DNA of 56,731 bases from Chitinivibrionales bacterium (GCA_049684795.1 JBAVGL010000332.1:1-56731), one strand, 5' to 3'; counted from the first letter of the stretch, positions 1 to 9,818 are shown. Numbers and translations: made by a program. The notes: generated from the letters alone by a model not told the origin.

Positions 1-7
1 ATCATCA

Positions 8-511
8 TTACACCGTAGGAATTGCATTGACCACTTGCTCAACTTTTTCCGCCACCGCTTCAATCTTTGTCAAAATCTTAGGCTCAGTAAGTGGAAGCGT
101 AATAACAAGTCGATTAAAAATATCCGCCTTTGCTTCTATCCCAGCGAGCGGGATGGTCTTGAAAAAAGCGGCATCGGCTTGCATCGCCGCGTTCCATGAA
201 GGGATCGCTGGGGAAGACGCCACAATGACTTTGATTTCCGCAAACAGGGTTGCGTTTTTGTCAATAACATTTTTCAATCCCTGAACTACTGGAACATATT
301 TTGCTTCCGCGGAAGCTACCTTTTTAGCAATCCCTGCAAACACCCCAACCCCACCGACACCGGCAATACCAAGAAGTGTAAGAATTTCATTCACCCATTT
401 CGGTAGTCCTGTAATAGTGCCAGGATCGGTTCCCGTAGTCTGAGCAACCACCGATACGATAGCGAGAACGATAAACGCCACCGACAACATTAAGATACTT
501 GTGAGCCTCAT
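8..511 (-). CDS. Lysis-cassette membrane protein (holin or i-spanin candidate)
   Basis: 167-aa ORF 24 nt downstream of the endolysin gene. Two hydrophobic segments (ILMLSVAFIVLAIVSVV and ILTLLGIAGVGGVGVFAGIA) are followed by a helical soluble part. Function is inferred from position and topology only. Confidence 0.5.
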   Translation of the reverse strand: MRLTSILMLSVAFIVLAIVSVVAQTTGTDPGTITGLPKWVNEILTLLGIAGVGGVGVFAGIAKKVASAEAKYVPVVQGLKNVIDKNATLFAEIKVIVASSPAIPSWNAAMQADAAFFKTIPLAGIEAKADIFNRLVITLPLTEPKILTKIEAVAEKVEQVVNAIPTV

Positions 512-535
512 AAGGCCCTCCTTATTTAAATAGGT

Positions 536-1015
536 TTATAAAAATGACCGCGCAGTAAGCGCTACGTCAATTGATCGTTGAGTCCAATTTTTAGAGTATA
601 TACTCCATATCGGTAGTTTACTATACATTAATATACGCTGTACCGTAAAATCCCGTATCAAGTGCATCGGGTCTTTTGCCTTAACAGCGGCAAGGGTCAT
701 CGGCCCGATAACTCCATCATCTTTTACCCCAGCGGCGCGCTGGAGAAGAATAGAAGCGGCTTTAGTTCCTTGGTTAACCGCTGAGTCGAAAACGCATGAG
801 GAAATGCCTTCTGGAAGAACATCGAGATTTAATTTGTCCCAGTAGTCACGTTTGTAAATTGCTTTAGCGTCATCGATAATAAGATTTTTTATATCTAAAT
901 TCGGATACGCTTTTTTTGATATGCCAAAATTAGTTTCCCCTCCAGGATCATTCGGGTCGTTTACGTACCCACCTTCGTATTGTAAAGTAGTATTGACGGC
1001 GGTTTCAAAACTCAT
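536..1015 (-). CDS. Endolysin, glycoside hydrolase family 108 lysozyme with PG_binding_3 domain
   Basis: N-terminal LQYEGGYVNDPNDPGGETNFGI matches the conserved GH108 motif. DDGVIGPMTLAAV matches the PG_binding_3 peptidoglycan-binding motif. Confidence 0.85.
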   Translation of the reverse strand: MSFETAVNTTLQYEGGYVNDPNDPGGETNFGISKKAYPNLDIKNLIIDDAKAIYKRDYWDKLNLDVLPEGISSCVFDSAVNQGTKAASILLQRAAGVKDDGVIGPMTLAAVKAKDPMHLIRDFTVQRILMYSKLPIWSIYSKNWTQRSIDVALTARSFL

Positions 1016-1323
1016 GGCTTACCTCCTTTATTAATAACGGTGTCTATTTTGCTTGCAGTATATGATGTTTTATATTGGATTAATTTTATATCTGATTTTA
1101 GATCACCAATTTGATTGGTAACGATCCACGTTGCCCCAGCGGCTCCCATTGCAATAGCCGCCATGATGCCGATAGCTTTTACCCAGGTAACATATATGCG
1201 GGGCATGTTTTTAGCGCAGTCATCCGCATGCTCCGCTATCTGTTTATTGACAAACTCAAACAGGCTTGGCCCTTCGGTGTCCGTTATTGTATGATGTTGG
1301 TGCTCATTCATCACGGCCTCCAT
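1012..1323 (-). CDS. Putative holin (single transmembrane segment)
   Basis: 103-aa ORF overlapping the endolysin start by 4 nt. One central hydrophobic helix (AIGIMAAIAMGAAGATWIV) has charged flanks. Confidence 0.45.
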   Translation of the reverse strand: MEAVMNEHQHHTITDTEGPSLFEFVNKQIAEHADDCAKNMPRIYVTWVKAIGIMAAIAMGAAGATWIVTNQIGDLKSDIKLIQYKTSYTASKIDTVINKGGKP

Positions 1324-1521
1324 TTTTAATAAAATTAAATTTTTTTAAAATAATTCTTGGTTTTTTCCGTATTCCATATTATAATATAATCATACATTAA
1401 CAAAGGAGTCATAACCGGCCTTTTGTTTGATCGGAGCAACCCCTCACAAGCCAACGAATTTATTCGTGGGTGGTTGACGCACTGTAAAATATATGGTATC
1501 CACTTTTTCAAGGAGGTTTTT

Positions 1522-1935
1522 ATGTTCAAGCTCATCATTGCCGCCCTGCTGTTTGTGGTCGTCGGGTGCTCAAATCCTACATCCGTAAAATCAGTTTCCA
1601 AAACCCAGGGATTAAACAATGTTAATCTCATTGTTGATCCTGCCTGTGGTGTTCTCGCATTTGAGGATACTGTTATATCGGACGAAATTATTACCGCCCC
1701 ATTTTACGAAGGAATAGATCATCCTGGTTTTGAGCCTGTTAATGGTGACTCTATTCATTGGAGCGGGTTTTCTTTCCAGGTTAAAAATGATACTTGGATT
1801 GATCTGCAATTGTACCGTAATCCAATGCCTGCGGATACTGGATATTCAGGCGAATTAATCAAAGTTATTTCGGACACAAACATTATTATTGATCCCTATG
1901 TCGTGGCAAAAATGAAAATTCTTGCCAAAAATTAA
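1522..1935 (+). CDS. Lipoprotein encoded on the opposite strand (moron; candidate receptor-masking / superinfection-exclusion protein)
   Basis: ATG at 1522 is preceded by AGGAGG (1511-1516). N-terminus MFKLIIAALLFVVVGCSN has a signal peptide and a V-V-G-C lipobox. It is the only plus-strand gene in the first 34 kb, wedged between the lysis and tail-fibre genes. Confidence 0.6.
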   Translation: MFKLIIAALLFVVVGCSNPTSVKSVSKTQGLNNVNLIVDPACGVLAFEDTVISDEIITAPFYEGIDHPGFEPVNGDSIHWSGFSFQVKNDTWIDLQLYRNPMPADTGYSGELIKVISDTNIIIDPYVVAKMKILAKN

Positions 1936-1937
1936 TA

Positions 1938-4508
1938 TTAAAGTTCCTCAAAAATTGATGTCTGACTACATATCAGAGTCATGCCCTGATAAGCACCCAG
2001 GCCCACAGTGCCATGAGTAAGAGTAAGATTTATACTGTTTGCAGTAGCGTTTATAAAGATAAATACTAATCCATCCGATATGTTGATAAATGACACTGTG
2101 CCGCCTGCTGTTGCCGATGTCATAGTACAGAGTGGCCTCATGTGAGCGCAATCAAAGGTAAAAGTTGTAGTCATTGTTGCTATGCTGTCGTATAATTTTT
2201 CTGAATGTCTTATACCAAATGTATCGACAACCATTTGATTTGCCGTCGTAAAGCGTGTGTACCCATAATACGAAGTATCATATCCGGTTGTATACAAACC
2301 GCCCGCTCGTATTTGTCCCCCCACCGTATCGTTTCCGCTGACGTTCATCGAGGGGGCAGTGATTTCCGACTGAATTGACCACCCGTTGCTTGTGATTTGC
2401 CCATAGAGCCCGCCCGTTTGACTTCCAATAGATAAGTTATCACTTTTCATGTAAAAGCCAGGGATGCCTCCATAATCACCTAAAACGATATTGTTTTCAA
2501 TCGTCGCCGTTCCACCTACCAGCAGCCCGCCGCCGATGTGCGCACCCGCCGAGGTGGTAAATTGGGAGTCGAGATTCGTCGTCCCGATGCTGACGTTGCC
2601 ATTGCTTAATATTCTCATCGCCTCAGAACCGTTTCCTGATTGGATAACGGTTGAAGCGTTTACCGCATCTGAACCCATCCAAAAAGCATTGCCGCTATTG
2701 TCGTAACCAAGAGAACCTTTAATGTTTCCATTATTTCTGAAATATTGGTACGTGTATCGGCTGCCATCATTATCCAAATCAAAAGTGTTATCATTGCCGC
2801 CTTTGACCGTTACGTTATTATTGATCGTCGCCGTTCCACCTACCAGCAGCCCGCCGCGGATGTGCGCACCCGCCGAGGTGGTAAATTGGGAGTCGGGACT
2901 CGTCGGCCCGATGCTGACGTTGCCATTCAATAAAATTGACATTACCGTAGTTAATGATGCCGAATTTCCGGCAGTGCCACTTGGAGCAGTGTAAAAATTA
3001 AAATTACCAGAACCATCCTGTTCAAAACTGCTGCCATAAGAAGATGTCAAATATTTCCAGCCTGAGCTATAATAAAGATTATTTGAGAGTTCTGTATTAG
3101 TACTTATATTAATCAATCCGTATCTATTACCTATCTGTAAATTGGTTAACGCGCTTGTGGCCCCTATGCCGACATTTCGATCTGCATTAGGCGCAAGCAA
3201 AACAGGTCCGCCAGATTTTAACGTTATGAAATTATTGTTTCCGCCATCATTAATTGTAAGGTCCTTATTAGCTGATCCGGTGATAGGTGTACTGCCCTGT
3301 AAATTAAATGCCCAAATCTGATCATTTAAATGATATAGCATAAATTGGGGATTGTCGTTATTGGAAGTACCAGCCAATTTAAATATTGGATTTGTGCCTG
3401 TTATATCCATAAAATATGATCCGTTATCACGCAACGCACTATTTGATAGCGTTGTTGTTGTTGCCGCTTTTGGGATATACCCCGCAGTTAATGATAACGC
3501 CGGAGACGCACCAACATCAGAGTAAGACGGTGTCGTATAAGTAAATGATCCACTCCCATTGTTTTTGAGCCAACCCGTACCGTTTGCAAGCGACCCGATA
3601 GATGTAAGGTTGGCATACGCTGCCTGTCGTGCCGCCGCCGCACCAGATTGGTCCGCGCCGACCACCGAATATGCTGACCCTATCGCGGTGCCGTTTAAGT
3701 TTGTGGTCTGGACATTTGACACGTTGATATTATTTGCGGAAAGGCCAAGGCGGATATGAACGGTATCGGGGATTTTTCCGGTTGAATCAGAATATCGGGC
3801 GCGATTTGCTTTATTGGCGGTATCTGGAATTATTGCCGCCGTCCCATTAAAAGACGTATTCCCGATTGTTCGCGCCGTGGTCAACTGTGTCGCCTGCACC
3901 ACACTTACCGCAGAGTCCGGTACGATATTGGCCGTACCATCGAAGGTCGTGCTCTTGCCAATCGTGCGGGTTGTGGCAAGTTTACGCGCACGATCCGCTG
4001 CAATTGCAGTATCAGCAGTAGCATGTATGCCAAGATACGGGCCGCCATACACATTGCCACCCCATTTACCGGCGTCCGCTGCACTGTCAGCAAGTGTGGT
4101 GCTGTCAACGCGCATGTTTGATCCCGTCGGTATGATATATCCTGTCGCCGGAATAATAACATGCTTATATAAATTTGTTCCACTATCAAGAACCTGCAAT
4201 CCCTTCTCACCTACTATTGTATGTGCCGCGGCTGTTCCTGTATTAATACTATTTACTCCACCACCTGAAACGCTGGAAAGAATTTCTCCAAGTGTTCGAT
4301 AGTAAACAGTACCAAGAGTTCCTACTAAAATAGTATCGTTTACAGAACCATGCAGCATCTGACCATATTTTAATTTTTTATTAAAAAGTAAAGTATCGTT
4401 TGAGGTTTGAAAACCAAAACATACATTTATAAATAATAAAATAAGAATTAAGCAAGTTGTGCTATGTTTGTCCACGGAACCCCTCCTGTAGCTGAATATG
4501 CAATCCAT
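1938..4508 (-). CDS. Large tail fibre protein
   Basis: 856-aa ORF rich in G/S/T/N. It has Phage_fiber_2-like repeats (KLATTRTIGKSTTFDGTANIV, QLTTARTIGNTSFNGTAAII) and an internal duplication (SQFTTSAGAHI.GGLLVGGTATI twice). The start is uncertain: the first 50 codons overlap the upstream gene and look non-coding, and Met51 at 4358 is an alternative. Confidence 0.75.
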   Translation of the reverse strand: MDCIFSYRRGSVDKHSTTCLILILLFINVCFGFQTSNDTLLFNKKLKYGQMLHGSVNDTILVGTLGTVYYRTLGEILSSVSGGGVNSINTGTAAAHTIVGEKGLQVLDSGTNLYKHVIIPATGYIIPTGSNMRVDSTTLADSAADAGKWGGNVYGGPYLGIHATADTAIAADRARKLATTRTIGKSTTFDGTANIVPDSAVSVVQATQLTTARTIGNTSFNGTAAIIPDTANKANRARYSDSTGKIPDTVHIRLGLSANNINVSNVQTTNLNGTAIGSAYSVVGADQSGAAAARQAAYANLTSIGSLANGTGWLKNNGSGSFTYTTPSYSDVGASPALSLTAGYIPKAATTTTLSNSALRDNGSYFMDITGTNPIFKLAGTSNNDNPQFMLYHLNDQIWAFNLQGSTPITGSANKDLTINDGGNNNFITLKSGGPVLLAPNADRNVGIGATSALTNLQIGNRYGLINISTNTELSNNLYYSSGWKYLTSSYGSSFEQDGSGNFNFYTAPSGTAGNSASLTTVMSILLNGNVSIGPTSPDSQFTTSAGAHIRGGLLVGGTATINNNVTVKGGNDNTFDLDNDGSRYTYQYFRNNGNIKGSLGYDNSGNAFWMGSDAVNASTVIQSGNGSEAMRILSNGNVSIGTTNLDSQFTTSAGAHIGGGLLVGGTATIENNIVLGDYGGIPGFYMKSDNLSIGSQTGGLYGQITSNGWSIQSEITAPSMNVSGNDTVGGQIRAGGLYTTGYDTSYYGYTRFTTANQMVVDTFGIRHSEKLYDSIATMTTTFTFDCAHMRPLCTMTSATAGGTVSFINISDGLVFIFINATANSINLTLTHGTVGLGAYQGMTLICSQTSIFEEL
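2500..2603. repeat. Copy A of a 104-bp direct repeat inside the tail fibre gene
   Basis: atcgtcgccgttccacctaccagcagcccgccgcc... differs from copy B at 4 of 104 positions, counted by eye. Confidence 0.9.
2824..2927. repeat. Copy B of a 104-bp direct repeat inside the tail fibre gene
   Basis: Lies 324 bp (108 codons, in frame) from copy A. Visibly more GC-rich than the surrounding fibre sequence. Confidence 0.9.
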
Positions 4509-4765
4509 AATTGATTTGCCCCCACCTGAACCAACTGAAAATTAGTTCCTATCGGTAATGCACCGGAAATTAAAACCGACAATATACTCGCTGGGATAGA
4601 ATGATATGCTCCGGTAACATCGGTATACCCCAGGTTGCCGGTATCCGTTTCTATTCCGATTTTACATTTACCAAGGTCATCTTGTAAAGTTATTTGAGTA
4701 TTATTAGCGAGCGTCAAATAAATTTGCTGTGACCCCGGTTGGTTATATACGTTTGAAACGCTCAT
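4448..4765 (-). CDS. Short tail fibre-associated protein with an N-domain paralogous to the upstream fibre gene
   Basis: MSVSNVYNQPGSQQIYLTLANNTQITLQDDLGKCKIGIETDTGNLGYTD aligns with residues 1-50 of the 4766-5656 product. Confidence 0.6.
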   Translation of the reverse strand: MSVSNVYNQPGSQQIYLTLANNTQITLQDDLGKCKIGIETDTGNLGYTDVTGAYHSIPASILSVLISGALPIGTNFQLVQVGANQLWIAYSATGGVPWTNIAQLA

Positions 4766-5656
4766 TTAAGCCACCGCTGCACGGATAACGAGAAATTGTA
4801 AAACTATCGCCTCAGAGAGCGAAGCCGTATGAATATTCCGTACCGAAATAGTAGCTAATCCGTTACCCGGCGCAACTGAGAACTGATACGCTCCGAGTGT
4901 TCCAACACTTTGATGATTAATTAACACCATATCGTTTTGCAAAAGTAAAGCGTTATTCATGACAAACGAGACTGTCGTCGCGTTTACAAGCGCGGTATTT
5001 TGCATGGTGATTTGCCCGCATAGCTTTGCGAGTGTAACCGCCGAACCTTTATTTGCAGCTTGACTAATCGTTCCGCCGGTTCCGCTTGTATACCCGACGG
5101 CTCCGCCGCTGGAGAGGATTGGCCCGGTTGATCGAATTAACCCGCTCGATACCGACCCCAGCGTTGCGTTTGCGGAAACATTTAACGATACCGCGGAAAC
5201 GCTATTAAAAGTTGAAACACCGGAAATATTTATTGTACTTGCGGAAGCGTTACCGAGCGTCGGCGCACCTGTAAACGAAGGATTATTGAGAGGTGCCGCG
5301 CCTATTTGTGAGGGCGTAGGCAAGCGCCAATCGTTATTCCCAGCGCCGTCGTCCCAGAGGAATCCGGCGTTTGCCGTCGGTAATGTTACTCCTGCCGTTT
5401 TCCACGACATATTACCCGCACCATCATTATTCAAAAAGCCGGAAAGGTTAGTAGGTAATGTTACTCCTGCCGTCACATTAGGATTGATAGAACGATAATA
5501 TCCAGTTTGATCCGTGTAGCCTAAATAACCAGTATCGGTTTCAACTCCAATTTTACATTTACCTAAATAAGACGCTAAAATAGTATGCGTATTATTTGCA
5601 AGCGTAAAGTATTCGGAAGACGACCCCGGTTGATTGTATACGTTTGCTATTGTCAT
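4766..5656 (-). CDS. Tail fibre protein
   Basis: Start set at MTIANVY (ATG 5656), which overlaps the stop of the upstream gene by 1 nt. Internal repeat TAGVTLPTNLSGFLNNDGAGNMSWK / TAGVTLPTANAGFLWDDGAGNNDWR. G/S/T-rich C-terminal part. Confidence 0.7.
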   Translation of the reverse strand: MTIANVYNQPGSSSEYFTLANNTHTILASYLGKCKIGVETDTGYLGYTDQTGYYRSINPNVTAGVTLPTNLSGFLNNDGAGNMSWKTAGVTLPTANAGFLWDDGAGNNDWRLPTPSQIGAAPLNNPSFTGAPTLGNASASTINISGVSTFNSVSAVSLNVSANATLGSVSSGLIRSTGPILSSGGAVGYTSGTGGTISQAANKGSAVTLAKLCGQITMQNTALVNATTVSFVMNNALLLQNDMVLINHQSVGTLGAYQFSVAPGNGLATISVRNIHTASLSEAIVLQFLVIRAAVA

Positions 5657-8600
5657 TATGAAATTACCGCCTGTTCCCCTTGAGCCCCCGATTGTATTGT
5701 GTCCTGCCATCCAAGAGCACCCGATTGTATTGAGTCTTCAAAGTTGAATCCTTGTGGTATTGTATCTGAAAGCATTATTGCCTTTATTAAAACTTCATGT
5801 TCATTATTCGGATTTACCGTTATTTCCTCCAATATACATTCTATGCTTATATTATTTGTCTGATGGGGTAATGATAAAATAAATCTATGTGCTTCAAGCC
5901 AAGCATCCGCGCCCGTTTGAACACTGGAACATTTAAACTCAATTTCAGGATTGTACATCCAATTAATCCAATCGGTCAAGTGTGCAAGTGCAGTATCATA
6001 GTCCCTAATAAAATCAAGATCGGTCATATCACCAGGAGGTGGTTCAATATTATGTACGCGCTGCATGAGATTATAACAAAGGCCCCATAAATTAGATGCC
6101 GTTTCCGCGTTCCTGCACCCTTGTACAAAAAATCCTTTTTGTGTTAACGTAGGATTTTCATAGTCGGTATTCATAACCTTTATCAATCCATCATAATTCC
6201 CTGACCCGATATTAAAATTATAATTGATATATGGCTCCGGGTAAACATCCGCTGGATCAGGTTCATAAACTTTTATCGATGACCGGTCGATAATTTGAGC
6301 AAGTGTTATCGTATCGCTGGGAGAAGTAAGAGATTTTTGTAAAGGCTTTACACATTCATTTCCATCACCATCAACGTAATTTACCATACCAAATTGGTAG
6401 CATAGTTTTTTCTTTATTACGTTAGTAGCTGCATTTTTTGCATCCGTTATCTGTCCTGAACACTGATATACTTTTAATGCGGTAAGTCCGGCGTCATCGA
6501 ATGACCCGTCCCCGGTTATTTTTATAGGTGCATTTTCCCAGTAGCCTTTTCCCCATCCAGCGTATGGAGCGATTCCATTTTCGCTTCCGTTTTGTAAACG
6601 GCAAAAATGTTCGAGTGCATTAACTGGATCGGCAATTAGATCAGTAGGATTTTTCCTTCCTCCCCATGTACTATTAAATATCCTTCCGGCGCAAAGAACG
6701 AATATATCATCCGCAATATTATCCTGCTTTTGGCAAATAATAGCTAACTCATTAAAATTAATTACTCTAAAAAAATCGTATTGAGATCCACTATTTTGTG
6801 TTACTCCAGATATGATTCCTATTCTATAAATTGATCGAAGAAGTTCAATAGAAGTTATCCCTGTTAGTGGAAACGCACTATATCCAGTAATTGCATGGAT
6901 TTGTGTAGGTATAGAAGATGCGACTTGATAAAATGCTAAATTATTATCAGGATATACCCTGTTTATATAATAATAATCTGGGAGGTTATTAACTGAGCTA
7001 TGTGCGTCATATGGTTGTGAACCCGCATCACCTTGATCTTGATATTTTTGACCAACTGATGTATCAAGTATATCGGTTATTGGACCAAGAAAACGCCTGA
7101 ACCTTATTTTTAATGGGCAAGCTATATCCCATCCTCCTCCGGTATTTGTTCCTGTTGTAATATTCAAACCTAAAAAATAATTACTATATTCTGTCAATAT
7201 TTTACTCATATCAATTTGTATTTCATACACTGCCCATATTGTATGTCCGGTATCACTATGAAAACTAAGACCAAACTGATGCTGTTCAAAAGTAGAGTCA
7301 TTTTGATCATTAGATGGATTTACTGACCCTACTGAAATTATTGTATATCCAAGAAGTTCCATACTTGAGTCATTACAATAGATGTTAGGTGAACGTACCG
7401 GATTAAGTGGGATATCATCAGTACCTAAACCCCAAGCAGAGGCATTTGCTGCTGCATATCTGGTAATGGTACTGAGTAGTGGAAAAATATCAAAACTATA
7501 AATCACGTTCGGGTCTCCATCACACATAAGCGGATTTAATTGGAGGATGTTTCCTCCAACTCCTTGCACCACATTATAACCTAATTTTGCAATAGGAGTA
7601 AATCCAATTTGTTTTATTAAGTTTATTCCTACTACATTTCCGCGAGCATCGTAAACCTGAGTACGTTGATAATTAAGAGTATCTTGTTTTGTATTATATG
7701 CAAACAGACTCACGCCATTGGTAATTATGTTTCCGTTTAAATCGTAAAATCCTTTCATCGGCCACATATCACCATAAAACTGATAATTTAATGATACTAT
7801 AGAAACCCACGCTTGATATGTTCCAGTATAGGCAAGGTCTTCTTCAAAAACAGAATTAACAGTTATCACTATTTGATATTCATTGGCAGCAGTATTTGAA
7901 ATTATCTGTCTATACCGTCCTACTTGACTTTTTCCATCATCCGAACCACCAATAATAACTTTTAACCACATACCAGCAAGATTTGCTTCATTTACACAAC
8001 CACCAGAAAGCCCTATTTGTATAGTATATCGTGTAGTTGGTGATTCTCCTCCGGAATCCCATCCTCTTGCTATTACAGGAAATACAGTCTGTCCTTGTGG
8101 CTGACAAACTGGAATAGTGAGTGAGTCATTTACTTGAGGAGTTTCAACATCGCTGATCCGCACAAATTTTGCACACTGAGGATTACCACCAACCATCAAG
8201 AAACTACCGATGGTGATTGGTATTATATTTCCGTTTTTGTCATCGGAGGCATTAGGGAAATTTCCAGTTATCGGATCATTATTTATTGTAGTAGAACAAT
8301 TGGCTATTCTTTTATTGTAAAGACCTTTCATAGGAATTATATATCGCTTCGATGTCCAAGAAGGTTTTTGGCATTCTCCCATCCAGCGGGATACTTCAAT
8401 ATTTCCGGTAAACTTTATTATTTTTGCTACAAGCCCATTAAAATAGATTCCCCGATTTTTCATTTCCTGGTAGAATTTATTTGTGTTATTGAATTGTACC
8501 GTACAATCCCCAGGCGTTGAAATATTACCCATTCTTTTGAGATCAATTTTTCGTGAAAAATTTCCTATACCATTCTGCATTAATACGCCGCTTTTCCATG

Positions 8601-8964
8601 CTTCATTAGGATTGACAATATCATTCTGGCAAACCCTAAATACCGATGCTGCCTGAACCTGGGTTGTATTCGCTGGATAAAGATTTGTCGATGTATGCAA
8701 AAGAAAAATAGCGTTCATTGTCGGACTTATCCCAGCGATGATATTAGTTTCCTGGGTGTTTACATCCTTGTAAATCTGGATTGCTTCATTAACTTCAAAC
8801 GGAGCTACGTTAAAAGTTGTCAGCATCGTGCTATTAGAGTTCAATTGTTGTGATAAAGTAGCAATACGATTAAACAGTCCGAGCGTAGCATTGGCGGTAA
8901 CGGGCTGTTGAAAATCCCGAAGATATATTTTTACACCGTAAATAGTAGGAAGCGTTGCGCTCAT
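5656..8964 (-). CDS. Tail tip / baseplate hub protein (Tal-like)
   Basis: 1102-aa ORF two genes downstream of the tape measure and immediately upstream of the fibres. Called by size and synteny only. Confidence 0.6.
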   Translation of the reverse strand: MSATLPTIYGVKIYLRDFQQPVTANATLGLFNRIATLSQQLNSNSTMLTTFNVAPFEVNEAIQIYKDVNTQETNIIAGISPTMNAIFLLHTSTNLYPANTTQVQAASVFRVCQNDIVNPNEAWKSGVLMQNGIGNFSRKIDLKRMGNISTPGDCTVQFNNTNKFYQEMKNRGIYFNGLVAKIIKFTGNIEVSRWMGECQKPSWTSKRYIIPMKGLYNKRIANCSTTINNDPITGNFPNASDDKNGNIIPITIGSFLMVGGNPQCAKFVRISDVETPQVNDSLTIPVCQPQGQTVFPVIARGWDSGGESPTTRYTIQIGLSGGCVNEANLAGMWLKVIIGGSDDGKSQVGRYRQIISNTAANEYQIVITVNSVFEEDLAYTGTYQAWVSIVSLNYQFYGDMWPMKGFYDLNGNIITNGVSLFAYNTKQDTLNYQRTQVYDARGNVVGINLIKQIGFTPIAKLGYNVVQGVGGNILQLNPLMCDGDPNVIYSFDIFPLLSTITRYAAANASAWGLGTDDIPLNPVRSPNIYCNDSSMELLGYTIISVGSVNPSNDQNDSTFEQHQFGLSFHSDTGHTIWAVYEIQIDMSKILTEYSNYFLGLNITTGTNTGGGWDIACPLKIRFRRFLGPITDILDTSVGQKYQDQGDAGSQPYDAHSSVNNLPDYYYINRVYPDNNLAFYQVASSIPTQIHAITGYSAFPLTGITSIELLRSIYRIGIISGVTQNSGSQYDFFRVINFNELAIICQKQDNIADDIFVLCAGRIFNSTWGGRKNPTDLIADPVNALEHFCRLQNGSENGIAPYAGWGKGYWENAPIKITGDGSFDDAGLTALKVYQCSGQITDAKNAATNVIKKKLCYQFGMVNYVDGDGNECVKPLQKSLTSPSDTITLAQIIDRSSIKVYEPDPADVYPEPYINYNFNIGSGNYDGLIKVMNTDYENPTLTQKGFFVQGCRNAETASNLWGLCYNLMQRVHNIEPPPGDMTDLDFIRDYDTALAHLTDWINWMYNPEIEFKCSSVQTGADAWLEAHRFILSLPHQTNNISIECILEEITVNPNNEHEVLIKAIMLSDTIPQGFNFEDSIQSGALGWQDTIQSGAQGEQAVIS

Positions 8965-8966
8965 AG

Positions 8967-9818
8967 TTATGATTGACTCACATATTCAGTGCTGAGTTTA
9001 AAGGTAAATTGATTAAACGTATCGTGTGTAAATTCAATGCTATCTTGTATAAGTTTTATCATGTAATTTCCCTGAGAACCTTTATCATTTCCAAAAGCGT
9101 AATGGTATGGTTGCGTTGAAAAATTAAAATAGGTTGCACGGGTATTTACATTTAATAGTGAGTTAATAAAAGCCGCTGTGTTTCCAGTACCCCAAGTGAA
9201 GTTCATATCCGTATGCCATGATGCCGCTGATAATCCACGATCTATAAAATCTATAGAACCGTTTTCAGTAATATCGTGTAGTATACCATTATCCTCAGTT
9301 GGATCAAACCACGTAGTCGGAAAACGTAAAGCTGGCGTAGCTGCCATATATAAAGTACCCTCGGCAACTTGTGCTGGTAGAGAATAAGCTGGCCAGTTTC
9401 CCATATTCCACATTGAGCAAGATACTCTAAAATATCTAAATGGTTCCTCTTGTAAAACTTCTGATTTTGTAATAGCAAGTGCTACTATAAATGGACCACT
9501 ATCGCCCCTAACTGGCGTAAATGGAAAAAATCCACACGCTGAGTTCATTGTCATCGTTAGCGTATTTACTGCTCGTCCTGTATTCTTTACGAGTGTATTT
9601 AGTTGCGTCTGCTGGGTAGGCGTTAGCAATAAGTCAAAATCACACCTGTACTTATCGTATAAATATCCGGCATCAAAAGTAACATGATTCCCAGTGTCAA
9701 GTATGTCTATATCCCACGGAAAATCTATGGTTGATTTATAACCATATTCCGGTACTGGGAAATAATACGTATTACTAAGTAAATCCGTCAATGCAAACAT
9801 GCCATCCGGTATGGTCAT
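8967..9818 (-). CDS. Distal tail protein (Dit) candidate
   Basis: 283-aa ORF overlapping the tape measure stop by 4 nt. Called by conserved siphovirus gene order. Confidence 0.5.
   Translation of the reverse strand: MTIPDGMFALTDLLSNTYYFPVPEYGYKSTIDFPWDIDILDTGNHVTFDAGYLYDKYRCDFDLLLTPTQQTQLNTLVKNTGRAVNTLTMTMNSACGFFPFTPVRGDSGPFIVALAITKSEVLQEEPFRYFRVSCSMWNMGNWPAYSLPAQVAEGTLYMAATPALRFPTTWFDPTEDNGILHDITENGSIDFIDRGLSAASWHTDMNFTWGTGNTAAFINSLLNVNTRATYFNFSTQPYHYAFGNDKGSQGNYMIKLIQDSIEFTHDTFNQFTFKLSTEYVSQS

Noticed and set aside
1335-1631. A 98-aa minus-strand ORF between the holin candidate and the tail fibre.
   Set aside because: It overlaps the RBS and signal peptide of the much better supported plus-strand lipoprotein gene, and it has no RBS of its own.
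3814-4302. Long antisense ORFs inside large genes, for example 3814-4302(+), 9948-10436(+), 22354-22878(+), 25814-26257(+), 29462-29875(+), 41509-42063(+), 35896-36453(-), 36481-36894(-), 52867-53277(-) and 53661-54122(-).
   Set aside because: Each lies entirely within a longer ORF on the other strand that carries recognisable motifs. They lack RBS signals and have low-complexity or odd composition, so I treated them as shadow ORFs.
4359-4508. A signal-peptide-like hydrophobic N-terminus (TTCLILILLFINVCFGF) on the 856-aa tail fibre.
   Set aside because: This part overlaps the upstream gene and is translated from very AT-rich sequence. It is probably upstream of the real start (Met51 at 4358), so no secretion signal is claimed.
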